From assembly GCA_041661545.1 (NCBI GenBank), contig JBAZUH010000001.1:275877-339876 (forward strand): 64,000 nucleotides of DNA, written 5' to 3'. How positions within the stretch are numbered: position 1 is the first letter of the stretch; the number at the start of each line of letters is the position of its first letter. Positions 52,440-61,454 of the stretch are shown here, one piece after another. Source of the stretch: Candidatus Staskawiczbacteria bacterium (GTDB lineage: Bacteria > Patescibacteriota > Minisyncoccia > Minisyncoccales > Staskawiczbacteraceae). The notes beneath the pieces are model-generated. The model had not been told where the DNA came from, made no database searches, and saw nothing but the letters and a program-made list of their open reading frames with translations. The translations under genes and the position numbers were made by a program.

Positions 52440-52979
52440 TTATATAATTTTATTTTGTATTAATATATGAAATATTAAACTTGCTATTAGCACCGCACCA
52501 AAAGGAATAACAACTTTTTGATATGGAAAAAATGCTTTTCCGTTATTTTTTGTTTTCAAATAAAGATTTGTCCAATGCCCTATAAAAAATACTACTGCTC
52601 CAATAATTGATCCAACCAATATTTTATCCATCCCCCAAATCATATTTAATGGATGTCCAACAACTCCTGCATAATATAAAGGTACATAGGTTAATATAAT
52701 ATAAGACAAAGTAATTACAACACCATCATCAGAAAAACTCCATTTTTTATTTTTCATAAAAAGTAGAGTCCAAATAATTATAACTGTTAACAAAGCTCCT
52801 ATCCAAATAGAAGCGACCACGTCATCAATTCCAAGCCACCTTGAAAATCCAAGACCTGCTCCAATGGCTACAACGCAAACTGGGCATGGTTGTGCGCTAA
52901 CTATTCCAGCTTTTAATAAACCCAACATTGATAACCCTAAAATAATTACTTTATTCTTGCTGTGCAATATTTGTTTCAT
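52440..52979 (-). CDS. polytopic membrane protein with CPVC motif
   Basis: Five hydrophobic helices, with SAQPCPVCVVAIGAG at the start of helix 2. Its start overlaps the end of the upstream thioredoxin-like gene. Confidence 0.6.
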   Translation of the reverse strand: MKQILHSKNKVIILGLSMLGLLKAGIVSAQPCPVCVVAIGAGLGFSRWLGIDDVVASIWIGALLTVIIIWTLLFMKNKKWSFSDDGVVITLSYIILTYVPLYYAGVVGHPLNMIWGMDKILVGSIIGAVVFFIGHWTNLYLKTKNNGKAFFPYQKVVIPFGAVLIASLIFHILIQNKII

Positions 52980-53394
52980 TTTTTAAAAAATTAATAACAT
53001 CTACGTCTCCTATTAAACAGCTACCTGCTTGCCCCGAATTTATTGAAGGGTTGTACAAAAATGGTATTGAAATGCCGCTACTTGCATCTATTTTGCATTC
53101 TGTTGCCACTTGACTCAATAATCCTGCATTTGCTATAAGCTCGGCGCTGCTTTTGCCATTAAAAGGAATTTCTAATCTTGTTAATTTTATTTTTTGGTCA
53201 ATATTATTTTCTTGTATAAAAGCTTCTACATTTTTACAGTGAGGACAATCTTCCCCAAAGAACAAAAGTATTCCTTCTGGTCTTTGCACGGGTTCAACTG
53301 AAGGAATTTTAACAAAAAAACCAGATTGAAACCCCCAAAACAAAAATCCGGCAAAAATTATTATTAAAACTGTGTATATTATTGCTTTATCCAT
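52951..53394 (-). CDS. membrane-anchored thioredoxin-fold protein
   Basis: N-terminal TM followed by LLFFGEDCPHCKNVEAFI (CxxC). Confidence 0.7.
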   Translation of the reverse strand: MDKAIIYTVLIIIFAGFLFWGFQSGFFVKIPSVEPVQRPEGILLFFGEDCPHCKNVEAFIQENNIDQKIKLTRLEIPFNGKSSAELIANAGLLSQVATECKIDASSGISIPFLYNPSINSGQAGSCLIGDVDVINFLKNETNIAQQE

Positions 53395-53468
53395 AAGTTT
53401 ACGTAGCGTAGCGATATATTATTTATGTTTTAATTTTACTACTTTACTAAAAATTTGCAATCCCAAAA

Positions 53469-55667
53469 TTAACTATATCTCTTCATGCTCAGTGCATTTA
53501 GCACAACACTAACCGATGAAAACGCCATGGCTCCAGCAGCAATAGATGGGCTTAAAAGCCAACCAGTTAAAGGATATAAAACTCCTGCTGCTACCGGAAT
53601 TCCTACTATATTATAAAAAAATGCCCAAAAAAGACCTAATTTAATTTTATTTAAGGTATATTTACTTAAATCTATTGCTTTTACAACGTCTCTTAAATCA
53701 TCTTTAATCAAAACAATTTCGCCAGTTTCCATTGCTACATCGGTTCCAGAACCTAAAGCAATTCCCAAATCTGATTGAGCTAGGGCGGGTGCATCGTTAA
53801 TTCCATCGCCCACCATTGCCACAACCATGCCTTCTAATTGTAATTTTTTTATTTCATCAGATTTTCCTTGTGGTAAAACTTCCGCTAAAACTCTATCAAT
53901 TCCAAGTTGTTTAGCAATAGCTTGTCCTACTCTTTTATTATCTCCGGTAATAATAGCAACAGATTTTCCCATTTTATGCAAAATATCTACCGCTTCTTTA
54001 GAATTTTCTTTCAAAACATCTGCTACCGCAATAATTCCTATAATCTTTTTTCCAAAAGACAAAATCATGGCTGTTTTCCCCTGATTTTCAAAAGCTATCA
54101 TTTTTTCCTCAACTTCATTGGTAGATATTTTATTATCTTTCATTAAAAGTCTTGTTCCCAATAAAATTTTACTTTTGTTATAAGTAGCCTCAATTCCTTT
54201 TCCAGGAACCGCTTGAAAATTTTTAACTTCAAATAGTTTAATATTGTTTTCTTTGGCTTTATTTACAACTGCTTGGGCCAAAGGATGTTCTGAATTTTTT
54301 TCTACGCTAGCTGAAATTTCTAAAATTTCTTTTTCAGTTCTTTTTTTATCAATTAAAAGAATTTCCGTGACTACTGGCTCTCCTTTAGTTAAAGTTCCTG
54401 TTTTATCAAAAACAACCATATTTACATCTTTGGCTATTTGCAAAGCTTTAGAAGACTTAATTAAAATACCATTTTTTGCAGCCAATCCGGTTCCCATCAT
54501 AACTGCTGTGGGAGTTGCTAATCCTAACGCACATGGACAAGCAATTATCAAAACTGCCACAAACACCCCTAAAGCCATAGAAATTTGAGACGAAATAAAA
54601 AACCAAATTAATCCAGCGATTAATGCAATAATAATTACAACTGGCACAAAATAAAAAGAAACTTTATCTGCTAATAATTGTATAGGGGCCTTTGACCCCA
54701 TGGCATCTTCCACAATTTTTATAATCTGAGATAGCATTGTATCTCTACCAACTCGCATAGCCTTAAATTGCAAAACACCCGTTTTATTTATAGTGGCTCC
54801 TATAACCTCATCTCCTTTTTTCTTTTCAACTGGAATTGATTCTCCGGTAATTGCCTTTTCGTCAACACCAGAGTATCCATAAACAACAATTCCATCAACA
54901 GGAATTTTTTGACCAGGTTTTACCAAAACAATATCGCCTACTTTTACTTCTGAAATTGGTATATCAAACTCTCTGCCGTCTTTTATAATAATAGCTGTTT
55001 TAGGCTGAAGGCCCATTAAATTTTTTATAGCCGAAGATGTTTTTCCTTTAGTAACTGCTTCTAAATATTTTCCTAATGAAATAAAAACTAAAATAAATAC
55101 TGCCGACTCAAAATAAAAACTATCCATTGATATATTTTTGCCAATAGATAATAAAATTAAATTTACCAAACTATAAAAATAAGCTGCAGATGTTCCAATT
55201 AAAATTAGGGTATCCATATTTGGCCCCAATCTTAATATTTTATTAAATCCCGATGCCCATATATTAAAACAAATAAAAATAACAACGGTTGCTAAAATTG
55301 CTTGAATATATAAATTATATTTTTCTAAAAATCCAAAAACCGGCAAACCAATCATCCCGCCCATTACTATATAAATTACCGGTAAACCAAAAATAAAAGA
55401 AAACAAAAATCTATTTCTTAATTTTTTAACTTCTGCGCCCTTTTCCATCTGGTCACTGTCATCAAGGGCCTTATAGCCTAAATCTTTAATATCTTTTTTA
55501 ATATCTTCAATTTTTACTTTTGTTGAATCAAATTCTAAATATGCTTTTTCATTAGCAAGATTAACGGATGCCGAAATAACTCCGCTTTTTTTCTTTAAGC
55601 CGTGTTCTATTACAGAAGCACACGAAGCACAGGTCATTCCTTGAATTTTGAGCGTTGTTTTTTGCAT
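53469..55667 (-). CDS. copA: copper-translocating P-type ATPase
   Basis: HMA domain [41 protein letters not shown]. Confidence 0.95.
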   Translation of the reverse strand: MQKTTLKIQGMTCASCASVIEHGLKKKSGVISASVNLANEKAYLEFDSTKVKIEDIKKDIKDLGYKALDDSDQMEKGAEVKKLRNRFLFSFIFGLPVIYIVMGGMIGLPVFGFLEKYNLYIQAILATVVIFICFNIWASGFNKILRLGPNMDTLILIGTSAAYFYSLVNLILLSIGKNISMDSFYFESAVFILVFISLGKYLEAVTKGKTSSAIKNLMGLQPKTAIIIKDGREFDIPISEVKVGDIVLVKPGQKIPVDGIVVYGYSGVDEKAITGESIPVEKKKGDEVIGATINKTGVLQFKAMRVGRDTMLSQIIKIVEDAMGSKAPIQLLADKVSFYFVPVVIIIALIAGLIWFFISSQISMALGVFVAVLIIACPCALGLATPTAVMMGTGLAAKNGILIKSSKALQIAKDVNMVVFDKTGTLTKGEPVVTEILLIDKKRTEKEILEISASVEKNSEHPLAQAVVNKAKENNIKLFEVKNFQAVPGKGIEATYNKSKILLGTRLLMKDNKISTNEVEEKMIAFENQGKTAMILSFGKKIIGIIAVADVLKENSKEAVDILHKMGKSVAIITGDNKRVGQAIAKQLGIDRVLAEVLPQGKSDEIKKLQLEGMVVAMVGDGINDAPALAQSDLGIALGSGTDVAMETGEIVLIKDDLRDVVKAIDLSKYTLNKIKLGLFWAFFYNIVGIPVAAGVLYPLTGWLLSPSIAAGAMAFSSVSVVLNALSMKRYS

Positions 55668-55668
55668 G

Positions 55669-55887
55669 CTACTTTTTTACCTGCCTGGTGGCAGGCAGAT
55701 TTAATTCTTTTAATATTTTAGACAGCTTTAGACCATATGTTTCGCAAACTTCTCCAATTTGAAGGTCATCAACTTCAAATTGAGCCATCGGACAAGACAA
55801 ACAAGGCACACCATTTTTTGCCAAAATTTTATCTGCGCCTTTTTGATTCATTATTTTTGCTAATGTTGTTTTTGATGTAATTTTCAT
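55669..55887 (-). CDS. DUF1858-like redox-disulfide small protein
   Basis: 72 aa with ...[13 protein letters not shown]...L.E.C..YG pattern. Confidence 0.6.
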   Translation of the reverse strand: MKITSKTTLAKIMNQKGADKILAKNGVPCLSCPMAQFEVDDLQIGEVCETYGLKLSKILKELNLPATRQVKK

Positions 55888-55896
55888 AAAATTATT

Positions 55897-56041
55897 AAGC
55901 GAGGCAACAAACTTGTAACGAGGCAGTTAATTTTCAGCGTATTTCAGGACACGAAGTGCCTGACGAAGCCATTTAGACGCGAAGCGTATCAATGGCGGTA
56001 GCAGAAAATTGACTGCCAAGAGAAAAAAACTATTGCTGAGC
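55897..56041. repeat. family-1 nested palindromic element
   Basis: AAGCGAGGCAACAAACTTGTAACGAGGCAGTTAATTTTCAGCG...GCAGAAAATTGACTGCCAAGAGAAAAAAACTATTGCTGAGC. Confidence 0.8.
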
Positions 56042-56044
56042 TTC

Positions 56045-57466
56045 TTAATTAACTACCTCTATAATTCCCGTAATCATTCCCATTTGGCAACTAAACCTAT
56101 TCTTACCAACTTTTTCTGGCGTAAATTCTTTAATTGAAACTTGACCAGGAATTAAATCAATAGATCCTGAAAATAAACCAGCAGAAATAATTGAACCATT
56201 ACAGCCCCCTGCTGTTTTATCTGCAGTTATTTCCCATCTAACAGGAACGCCCACTTTTACCTTAAAATAATTTGGCACATCTTTACCTCCATAAGCCACC
56301 ATTTTTATAACTTGTTTACCATCAACTATTGGAGGCAAATCTTTTTGATCAACAACTTGTGCTGGGGGGTTAATGTCAATTCCAGTAAAACCTAAAACAT
56401 TAGTTTGGTTTGAAATATTATACAAAGCAAAAAATAAAACTAAAAAACCTGCAACTTTTGAAAATTTTTCTGCTAAATTAGGTTTTGCTAAAAATTTGAC
56501 ACTAGACAAACCAATAAACAACAAAGCTGGTGCAGTGCCCAAAGCAAAAGCCCCCATCATAAGTGCCCCACTAAATGCATTTCCCGAAATTAATGCTAAA
56601 CTTTGAGCGGTAATTGTAAAACCACAAGGCAAGAAAAAAGTTAACCCTCCCATAATAAACGGCATATATTTGCCTTTAAAATTATTTTCGTTGGCAATAT
56701 ATCTGGTTGCTGATTTTGGAAGACCCAAAGGGTACCCCATTTGAAATTTTCTAAAAACTCGCGCTCCCAGCATTTGAAATCCCAAAACAATCATTAAAAT
56801 AGAAACTGCAATAATTAAGAAAGCCGTAAACTGAATAGATATTTGAAGTCTGCTTCCTATTAAACCTAATATTCCTCCCAAAATGGCATACGTTATAATT
56901 CTTCCCGCATTAAACATTAAATGCGGTTGAAATTTTTTAAAAATACTTGCATTTTCTGCATAAAGGCTATTCCATTGTTTTGACATTGATAAGACAATGC
57001 CCCCAACAAGCGCAGCACAAGAAGATATACCAGCTAAAAAACCAAATCCTAAAAATGCAATCAAAGAAGAAGCAGAACTTAAGCTTAAAAAATCGGCTAT
57101 GCCAACTTTTTGTAAAATTAAAAAAGCAATAATTATAAAAATTGCTATATTAAAAGCCACTAATGTTGGGCTAGTGCCCTTAACGTTGCTGTTTGTTTTC
57201 GTATTGGCTAATTCCTGCCTACCGGCAGGCAGGCGTGCGGAATTAGCCGGTAAGGTCACATCTGAAAATGTGTAATTTTCTTCTTTAAACAATTTGTTTA
57301 ATCTTTCCGGGCTAGGTCTATTATTTTCATACTGCACAAAAACCTCTCCTTTTGATGTAGAAGCATCAACAGATTTTACTTCGGGCAAATCTAAAAGCTT
57401 TTTCTCAATCAAAATTTCACACGAAGCGCAATGCATTCCTTTAACTTTATATATATGCTCATTCAT
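56045..57466 (-). CDS. HMA domain - polytopic permease - C-terminal cupredoxin-like domain fusion protein
   Basis: N-terminal GMHCASCEILIE, about 6 TM helices (TauE/CcdA-like appearance), and a C-terminal ~100-aa beta domain ending ...FSCQMGMITGIIEVV. Confidence 0.7.
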   Translation of the reverse strand: MNEHIYKVKGMHCASCEILIEKKLLDLPEVKSVDASTSKGEVFVQYENNRPSPERLNKLFKEENYTFSDVTLPANSARLPAGRQELANTKTNSNVKGTSPTLVAFNIAIFIIIAFLILQKVGIADFLSLSSASSLIAFLGFGFLAGISSCAALVGGIVLSMSKQWNSLYAENASIFKKFQPHLMFNAGRIITYAILGGILGLIGSRLQISIQFTAFLIIAVSILMIVLGFQMLGARVFRKFQMGYPLGLPKSATRYIANENNFKGKYMPFIMGGLTFFLPCGFTITAQSLALISGNAFSGALMMGAFALGTAPALLFIGLSSVKFLAKPNLAEKFSKVAGFLVLFFALYNISNQTNVLGFTGIDINPPAQVVDQKDLPPIVDGKQVIKMVAYGGKDVPNYFKVKVGVPVRWEITADKTAGGCNGSIISAGLFSGSIDLIPGQVSIKEFTPEKVGKNRFSCQMGMITGIIEVVN

Positions 57467-57475
57467 AAAAAATAT

Positions 57476-57558
57476 AAGCGAGCCAATAAATTTTTTCGAG
57501 GCGAATGGGCACCGTCCGCAGACGGGTTGAGACGAGAAAAAATTTGATTGGCAAGCGA
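57476..57558. repeat. family-1 palindromic element
   Basis: AAGCGAGCCAATAAATTTTTTCGAGGCG...GACGAGAAAAAATTTGATTGGCAAGCGA. Lies between csoR and the HMA-permease gene. Confidence 0.85.
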
Positions 57559-57560
57559 TG

Positions 57561-57836
57561 TTATTTGTTAAAAAGCTTAGTTACTTTTAATATTTCGTCT
57601 GTCATTTCTTTTTTTCTTTTCTCATTTTTTGATGTCATTGCGTTTTTAAAACAAGAGTTTAAATGACTCTCCATCAACATCTCGTGAGCAGAACGCAAAA
57701 GACCAATAACAGCCAAATTTTGCTGCATAATATCTACACAATATTCTCCGCCCTCAGTCATTTCTATAATTTTAGATATAGAACCCTGAGCTTTTTTAAA
57801 GCTGATTAAAGCTTTTTGCCTATTTTCACTTATCAT
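57561..57836 (-). CDS. csoR: CsoR/RcnR family metal-sensing repressor
   Basis: 91 aa with ...GGEYCVDIMQQNLAVIGLLRSAHEMLMESHLNSC (C-H-C ligand pattern). Confidence 0.85.
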   Translation of the reverse strand: MISENRQKALISFKKAQGSISKIIEMTEGGEYCVDIMQQNLAVIGLLRSAHEMLMESHLNSCFKNAMTSKNEKRKKEMTDEILKVTKLFNK

Positions 57837-57860
57837 AATAATATATATTTTAATTGTTAT

Positions 57861-57881
57861 TATACCCCTACCTAGGGTATA
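57861..57881. promoter_or_regulatory. putative CsoR operator
   Basis: TATACCC-CTACCTA-GGGTATA inverted repeat about 25 nt upstream of csoR. It resembles the GC-tract-centred TACCC/GGGTA operators known for CsoR. Confidence 0.6.
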
Positions 57882-57921
57882 GGTCTATAATATCAAAATA
57901 AAAAGCCCCCGTCAAGCCCTT

Positions 57922-59022
57922 CTACTTGATAATACCCCCGCCTAAAACTTGGCTACCCTTGTAAAATACTGCGGATTGGCCTTGTGCCAAGGCTTTGCCT
58001 AATTTTTTAAAAACTAATTTTCCATCCTTATACAGAATGGCTTTTTGTAAAGGGGCTCTATATCTAGTTCTAACATCCATTAATACCGGAAAAATCTCCG
58101 GTTTATTTATCCAACTAATATTTATTATTTTAGCTTCTTTTACAGCCAAATCTTTCTCTGTGCCCACATATATAATATTTTTCTTTATATCTTTTTTAAC
58201 AACAAAATACGGCCCGTGCCCATTTTTTATATCTAATCCATGTCTTTGCCCAATTGTATAATAATAGACACCGTCATGCTTCCCTATTTTTTTACCATCA
58301 ATAGAAATTATTTCTCCTATTTTTGGTTTTATATACATTTTTAAGAAATTTTTCATATCAAACTGCCCAACAAAGCAAACGCCTTGACTATCTTTTTTTT
58401 CAGCATTTTCTAATTTAAATTTTTTAGCTAATTTTCTAACTTCTGGTTTTTCTAAATTACCTACTGGAAATAAAATTTTATTAAGTTGCTTTTGTTTTAA
58501 TGTATATAAAAAATATGTTTGATCTTTATTAGCATCAACCGCTTTTAACAAGCGAGGCAATGAACTTTTTCGAGAAGAGGGTGCCCCGTAGAGAGGCTCT
58601 CCTCGCAGAAAAAGTTTATTGCCGAGCGAAGTTTGCGCATAATGACCAGTTGCAACAAAATCAAAACCTTGTTTCATTGCTTTATCAAAAAAATAACCAA
58701 ATTTAATAATTTTATTACACATTACATCGGGGTTTGGAGTAATCCCCTTTTTATAAGAATCAATCATATACTTACCAACTTCTGTTTCATATTCTTTAGA
58801 AAAATCCCAAGTTAAAAAGGGAATTCCTAGCTTAGCGCAAGCTCTCATGGCATCTTGTCTATCTGCTTTCCAAATACATTCTTTTTCCAGAATTTCTGGA
58901 GACCATTGACGCATATAAATTCCAACTACATTAAAACCAGCTTTTTTTAACAAAGCTGCTGAAACGCTAGAATCTACTCCGCCAGACATAGCACATGCAA
59001 CTCTAACCATAATATTTTTCAA
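57922..59022 (-). CDS. mnmA: tRNA 2-thiouridine(34) synthase MnmA, carrying an in-frame repeat insertion
   Basis: CAMSGGVDSSV PP-loop, ATGHYAQ, NKDQTYFLY. The segment SLGNKLFLRGEPLYGAPSSRKSSLPRL is encoded by a family-1 element. Confidence 0.9.
   Translation of the reverse strand: MKNIMVRVACAMSGGVDSSVSAALLKKAGFNVVGIYMRQWSPEILEKECIWKADRQDAMRACAKLGIPFLTWDFSKEYETEVGKYMIDSYKKGITPNPDVMCNKIIKFGYFFDKAMKQGFDFVATGHYAQTSLGNKLFLRGEPLYGAPSSRKSSLPRLLKAVDANKDQTYFLYTLKQKQLNKILFPVGNLEKPEVRKLAKKFKLENAEKKDSQGVCFVGQFDMKNFLKMYIKPKIGEIISIDGKKIGKHDGVYYYTIGQRHGLDIKNGHGPYFVVKKDIKKNIIYVGTEKDLAVKEAKIINISWINKPEIFPVLMDVRTRYRAPLQKAILYKDGKLVFKKLGKALAQGQSAVFYKGSQVLGGGIIK
58550..58630. repeat. family-1 palindromic element inserted in frame in mnmA
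   Basis: AAGCGAGGCAATGAACTTTTTCGAGAAGAGGGTGCCCCGTAGAGAGGCTCTCCTCGCAGAAAAAGTTTATTGCCGAGCGAA. 81 nt, 27 codons, no stop in the mnmA frame. Confidence 0.85.
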
Positions 59023-59665
59023 AATAAAATTTAATAAGTTGCTCTATTTCTGGAACAGCTTCGGGGTCTCCAACTCCTACTTTTAATTTCTTTTGAACAT
59101 CTAGTAATGTTCTAGCACCCTCTAAAACTGCTTCTTCTATATCGTGATCAGTAATATTTAATCTTTTATCTATAACTTTGTGCCCTAAAACAATAATTTT
59201 ACCGTGTTGCCCCTTGTTTCTAAAGTAATTATTTGCTGCCTGCATAAATGCTTTATCACATAATACCGAACAATGAACCTTTCTAACGGGCAACCCACCA
59301 AGTCTAAACATTATATCTTGTGGCTTAATTTTAAGCGCTTGATCAACTGTCATTCCCCCCTTTTCTGTTGCTATAACCGAAAACATAGAAGTTGCCGCAA
59401 TAGCTGAAGCACAACCAAAAGTTCTCCATTTTAATTTTTTAATTTTTTCTGTTTTTTGGTCAACTTTTATCCATATTTTCATTACATCTCCACACTGAGG
59501 AGAGCCAACTTGCCCTTCGGCGTCAAACTCTCCTTTTTTGGGCAATTTTGCTAAAAAATTTCTTGGATGAAAAAAATGATCTTTTACAATTTCAGAATAA
59601 ACCCAGCCTTCACCGGCATTTTTGCTAGTAACATCTAATTTTTTATTTTTCACTCTTGTTTTCAT
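59003..59665 (-). CDS. nifU: NifU/IscU-type Fe-S cluster scaffold protein
   Basis: GSPQCGDVMKIWIKV...FGCASAIATS...VHCSVL (three scaffold Cys) plus a C-terminal extension. Confidence 0.85.
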   Translation of the reverse strand: MKTRVKNKKLDVTSKNAGEGWVYSEIVKDHFFHPRNFLAKLPKKGEFDAEGQVGSPQCGDVMKIWIKVDQKTEKIKKLKWRTFGCASAIAATSMFSVIATEKGGMTVDQALKIKPQDIMFRLGGLPVRKVHCSVLCDKAFMQAANNYFRNKGQHGKIIVLGHKVIDKRLNITDHDIEEAVLEGARTLLDVQKKLKVGVGDPEAVPEIEQLIKFYFEKYYG

Positions 59666-59672
59666 ATATTTT

Positions 59673-60887
59673 TTATACTTTTACATTTACCGGAGAAATT
59701 TTTCTTAAATCTTCAACAATTTTAGGCAACACCTTTAAAACATAATCTAAATCTTTTTTTGTTGTATCTTTTCCTAAAGTAAACCGCAAGTTACCATTGG
59801 CATATTCATATGGCCTATTTAAGGCCAAAATGACGTGTGAGGGCTCTAAACTTTGCGAATCGCAGGCAGAACCCGTGGAGCAAAATACTCCATATTTATC
59901 TAACCATAAAAGCATAGCTTCTCCTTCTATATCTAAAATAGATATATTTATATTATTAGGCAACCTTTTTTCCGCATCTCCATTTACAACAATCTTAGAA
60001 ACTTTTTTAGATATTTCTTTTATAAAATAATCGCGAAGTTTTTTTTCTCTATTTGATTCTTTTTCTTTTCTGTTCTGCGACAATTGCAAAGCTTCTGCTA
60101 ACCCAATAATTCCTGCAATATTTTCGGTGCCACTACGTAAACCTTTTTCTTGGCCACCCCCCAAAATTAAAGGCTCAACTTTAGTGCCGGTTCTAACATA
60201 TAAAACACCTGTTCCTTTTGGGCCATAAATTTTACTTCCATTAAGAGTTAATAAGTCTACACCTAGTTTTTGAACATCTAAATCTAAATAACCAGCCGCC
60301 TGACAAGCATCTGTATGAAAAAATATTGGTGTATTTATTGCTCTTTTTAATCTATCTGCTCTAATTTCTTTTATAATTTTTCCAATTTCTTCTATTGGTT
60401 GAATAGTTCCTATTTCATTGTTAGCATACATAATAGAAACTAAAATTGTTTCATCTTTTATGCTATTTTTAAAATCATTTAAAATTAAAATTCCATCTCT
60501 ATCAACTTTAGAGTAAACAATCTGAAATCCTTCTTTTGCTAACTGCTCACAAGGATGCAAAACTGCATGATGCTCTATATTAGAAGTAATAATATGAGCA
60601 GATAAGCCCGAGCCAAAATTTGATTTGGCGAGAGCGTGAGCGGTTCCTAAAATAGCCAAATTATCACTCTCTGTTCCAGATCCGGTAAAAATAATTTCTT
60701 CTGGCTTACAATTTAAAATTTGGGCTATTGTTTTTCTAGCTTTTAATATAACGCTACTAGACTCTCGGCCAGCACCATGCAAAGATCCCGCATTGCCATA
60801 AACTTTATTAAAATAAGGCTCCATGGCTTTTATTACACGAGAATCTGTTGCTGTTGTGGCTGCATTATCTAAGTAAATTTTTTGCAT
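59673..60887 (-). CDS. nifS: cysteine desulfurase (NifS/IscS type)
   Basis: YLDNAATT, SNIEHHAV, NGSKIYGPKG (PLP Lys), and STGSACDS active-site Cys. Confidence 0.93.
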   Translation of the reverse strand: MQKIYLDNAATTATDSRVIKAMEPYFNKVYGNAGSLHGAGRESSSVILKARKTIAQILNCKPEEIIFTGSGTESDNLAILGTAHALAKSNFGSGLSAHIITSNIEHHAVLHPCEQLAKEGFQIVYSKVDRDGILILNDFKNSIKDETILVSIMYANNEIGTIQPIEEIGKIIKEIRADRLKRAINTPIFFHTDACQAAGYLDLDVQKLGVDLLTLNGSKIYGPKGTGVLYVRTGTKVEPLILGGGQEKGLRSGTENIAGIIGLAEALQLSQNRKEKESNREKKLRDYFIKEISKKVSKIVVNGDAEKRLPNNINISILDIEGEAMLLWLDKYGVFCSTGSACDSQSLEPSHVILALNRPYEYANGNLRFTLGKDTTKKDLDYVLKVLPKIVEDLRKISPVNVKV

Positions 60888-60893
60888 TATTTT

Positions 60894-61301
60894 TTATTTA
60901 ACTAAGTCCGATAATTTTATTGAATATAAAGTTTTAGACAAAGACCTTCTTACCTTGTCCCAAACACTTTTGGATGCACAATTTTTAGCCTTAACGCACA
61001 AAAAACAGTTTACCGGATTTATTTTCCCTTCTATGGTTTCTACTATATTTCCTGCCGTAATCAAGTTGGCTGGTTTTGCCAAATAATACCCACCGCTAGC
61101 ACCGTGTTTTGAAGAAACCAAACCTGCTTTTTCCAAACCACTAAAAATCTTACTTAAAAACTCAAAGGGCACGCCCTCAATGTTAGAAATTTCTCTTATA
61201 GAAATTGCCCGCTTATTTTTACTTTGTTTGCCAGTGGGCAGGTTTTTAGCCAAATGAACCATTGCACAAAGCCCATACTCTGCTCTTTTTGATATTTTCA
61301 T
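60894..61301 (-). CDS. Rrf2 family transcriptional regulator (IscR-like)
   Basis: MKISKRAEYGLCAMVHLAK....ISIREIS...GVP..FL.KIF..L.KAGLV.S..G..GGY.LA. Three C-terminal Cys. Confidence 0.85.
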   Translation of the reverse strand: MKISKRAEYGLCAMVHLAKNLPTGKQSKNKRAISIREISNIEGVPFEFLSKIFSGLEKAGLVSSKHGASGGYYLAKPANLITAGNIVETIEGKINPVNCFLCVKAKNCASKSVWDKVRRSLSKTLYSIKLSDLVK

Positions 61302-61334
61302 CTTAAAGTTTTGAATTTAAATATTATTACCTTC

Positions 61335-61359
61335 ATAACAGACTAAATTAGTCGGTTAT
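61335..61359. promoter_or_regulatory. 25-bp palindrome, putative Rrf2 operator
   Basis: ATAACAGACTAA-A-TTAGTCGGTTAT (11 of 12 symmetric positions), about 35 nt upstream of the Rrf2 start codon. Confidence 0.6.
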
Positions 61360-61401
61360 AGCTGATAGTAGCAAAACAAAACCCTCTTGTCAACAAATAA
61401 T

Positions 61402-61427
61402 AAAAAACAGCCTATAGGCTGTTTTTT
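61402..61427. terminator. bidirectional intrinsic terminator
   Basis: AAAAAA-CAGCC-TATA-GGCTG-TTTTTT. Confidence 0.8.
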
Positions 61428-61454
61428 GATCATGTTTTAGGATATAACCTTTTA

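Noticed and set aside
1776-58630. Family-1 elements as integron attC sites, with the GC-rich islets as gene cassettes
   Set aside because: The conserved ends (AGCGAGGCAAT / ATTGCCGAGCG) do not match the attC R''/R' cores (RYYYAAC / GTTRRRY). The elements flank backbone housekeeping genes rather than the GC-rich islets. No integrase or attI is visible.
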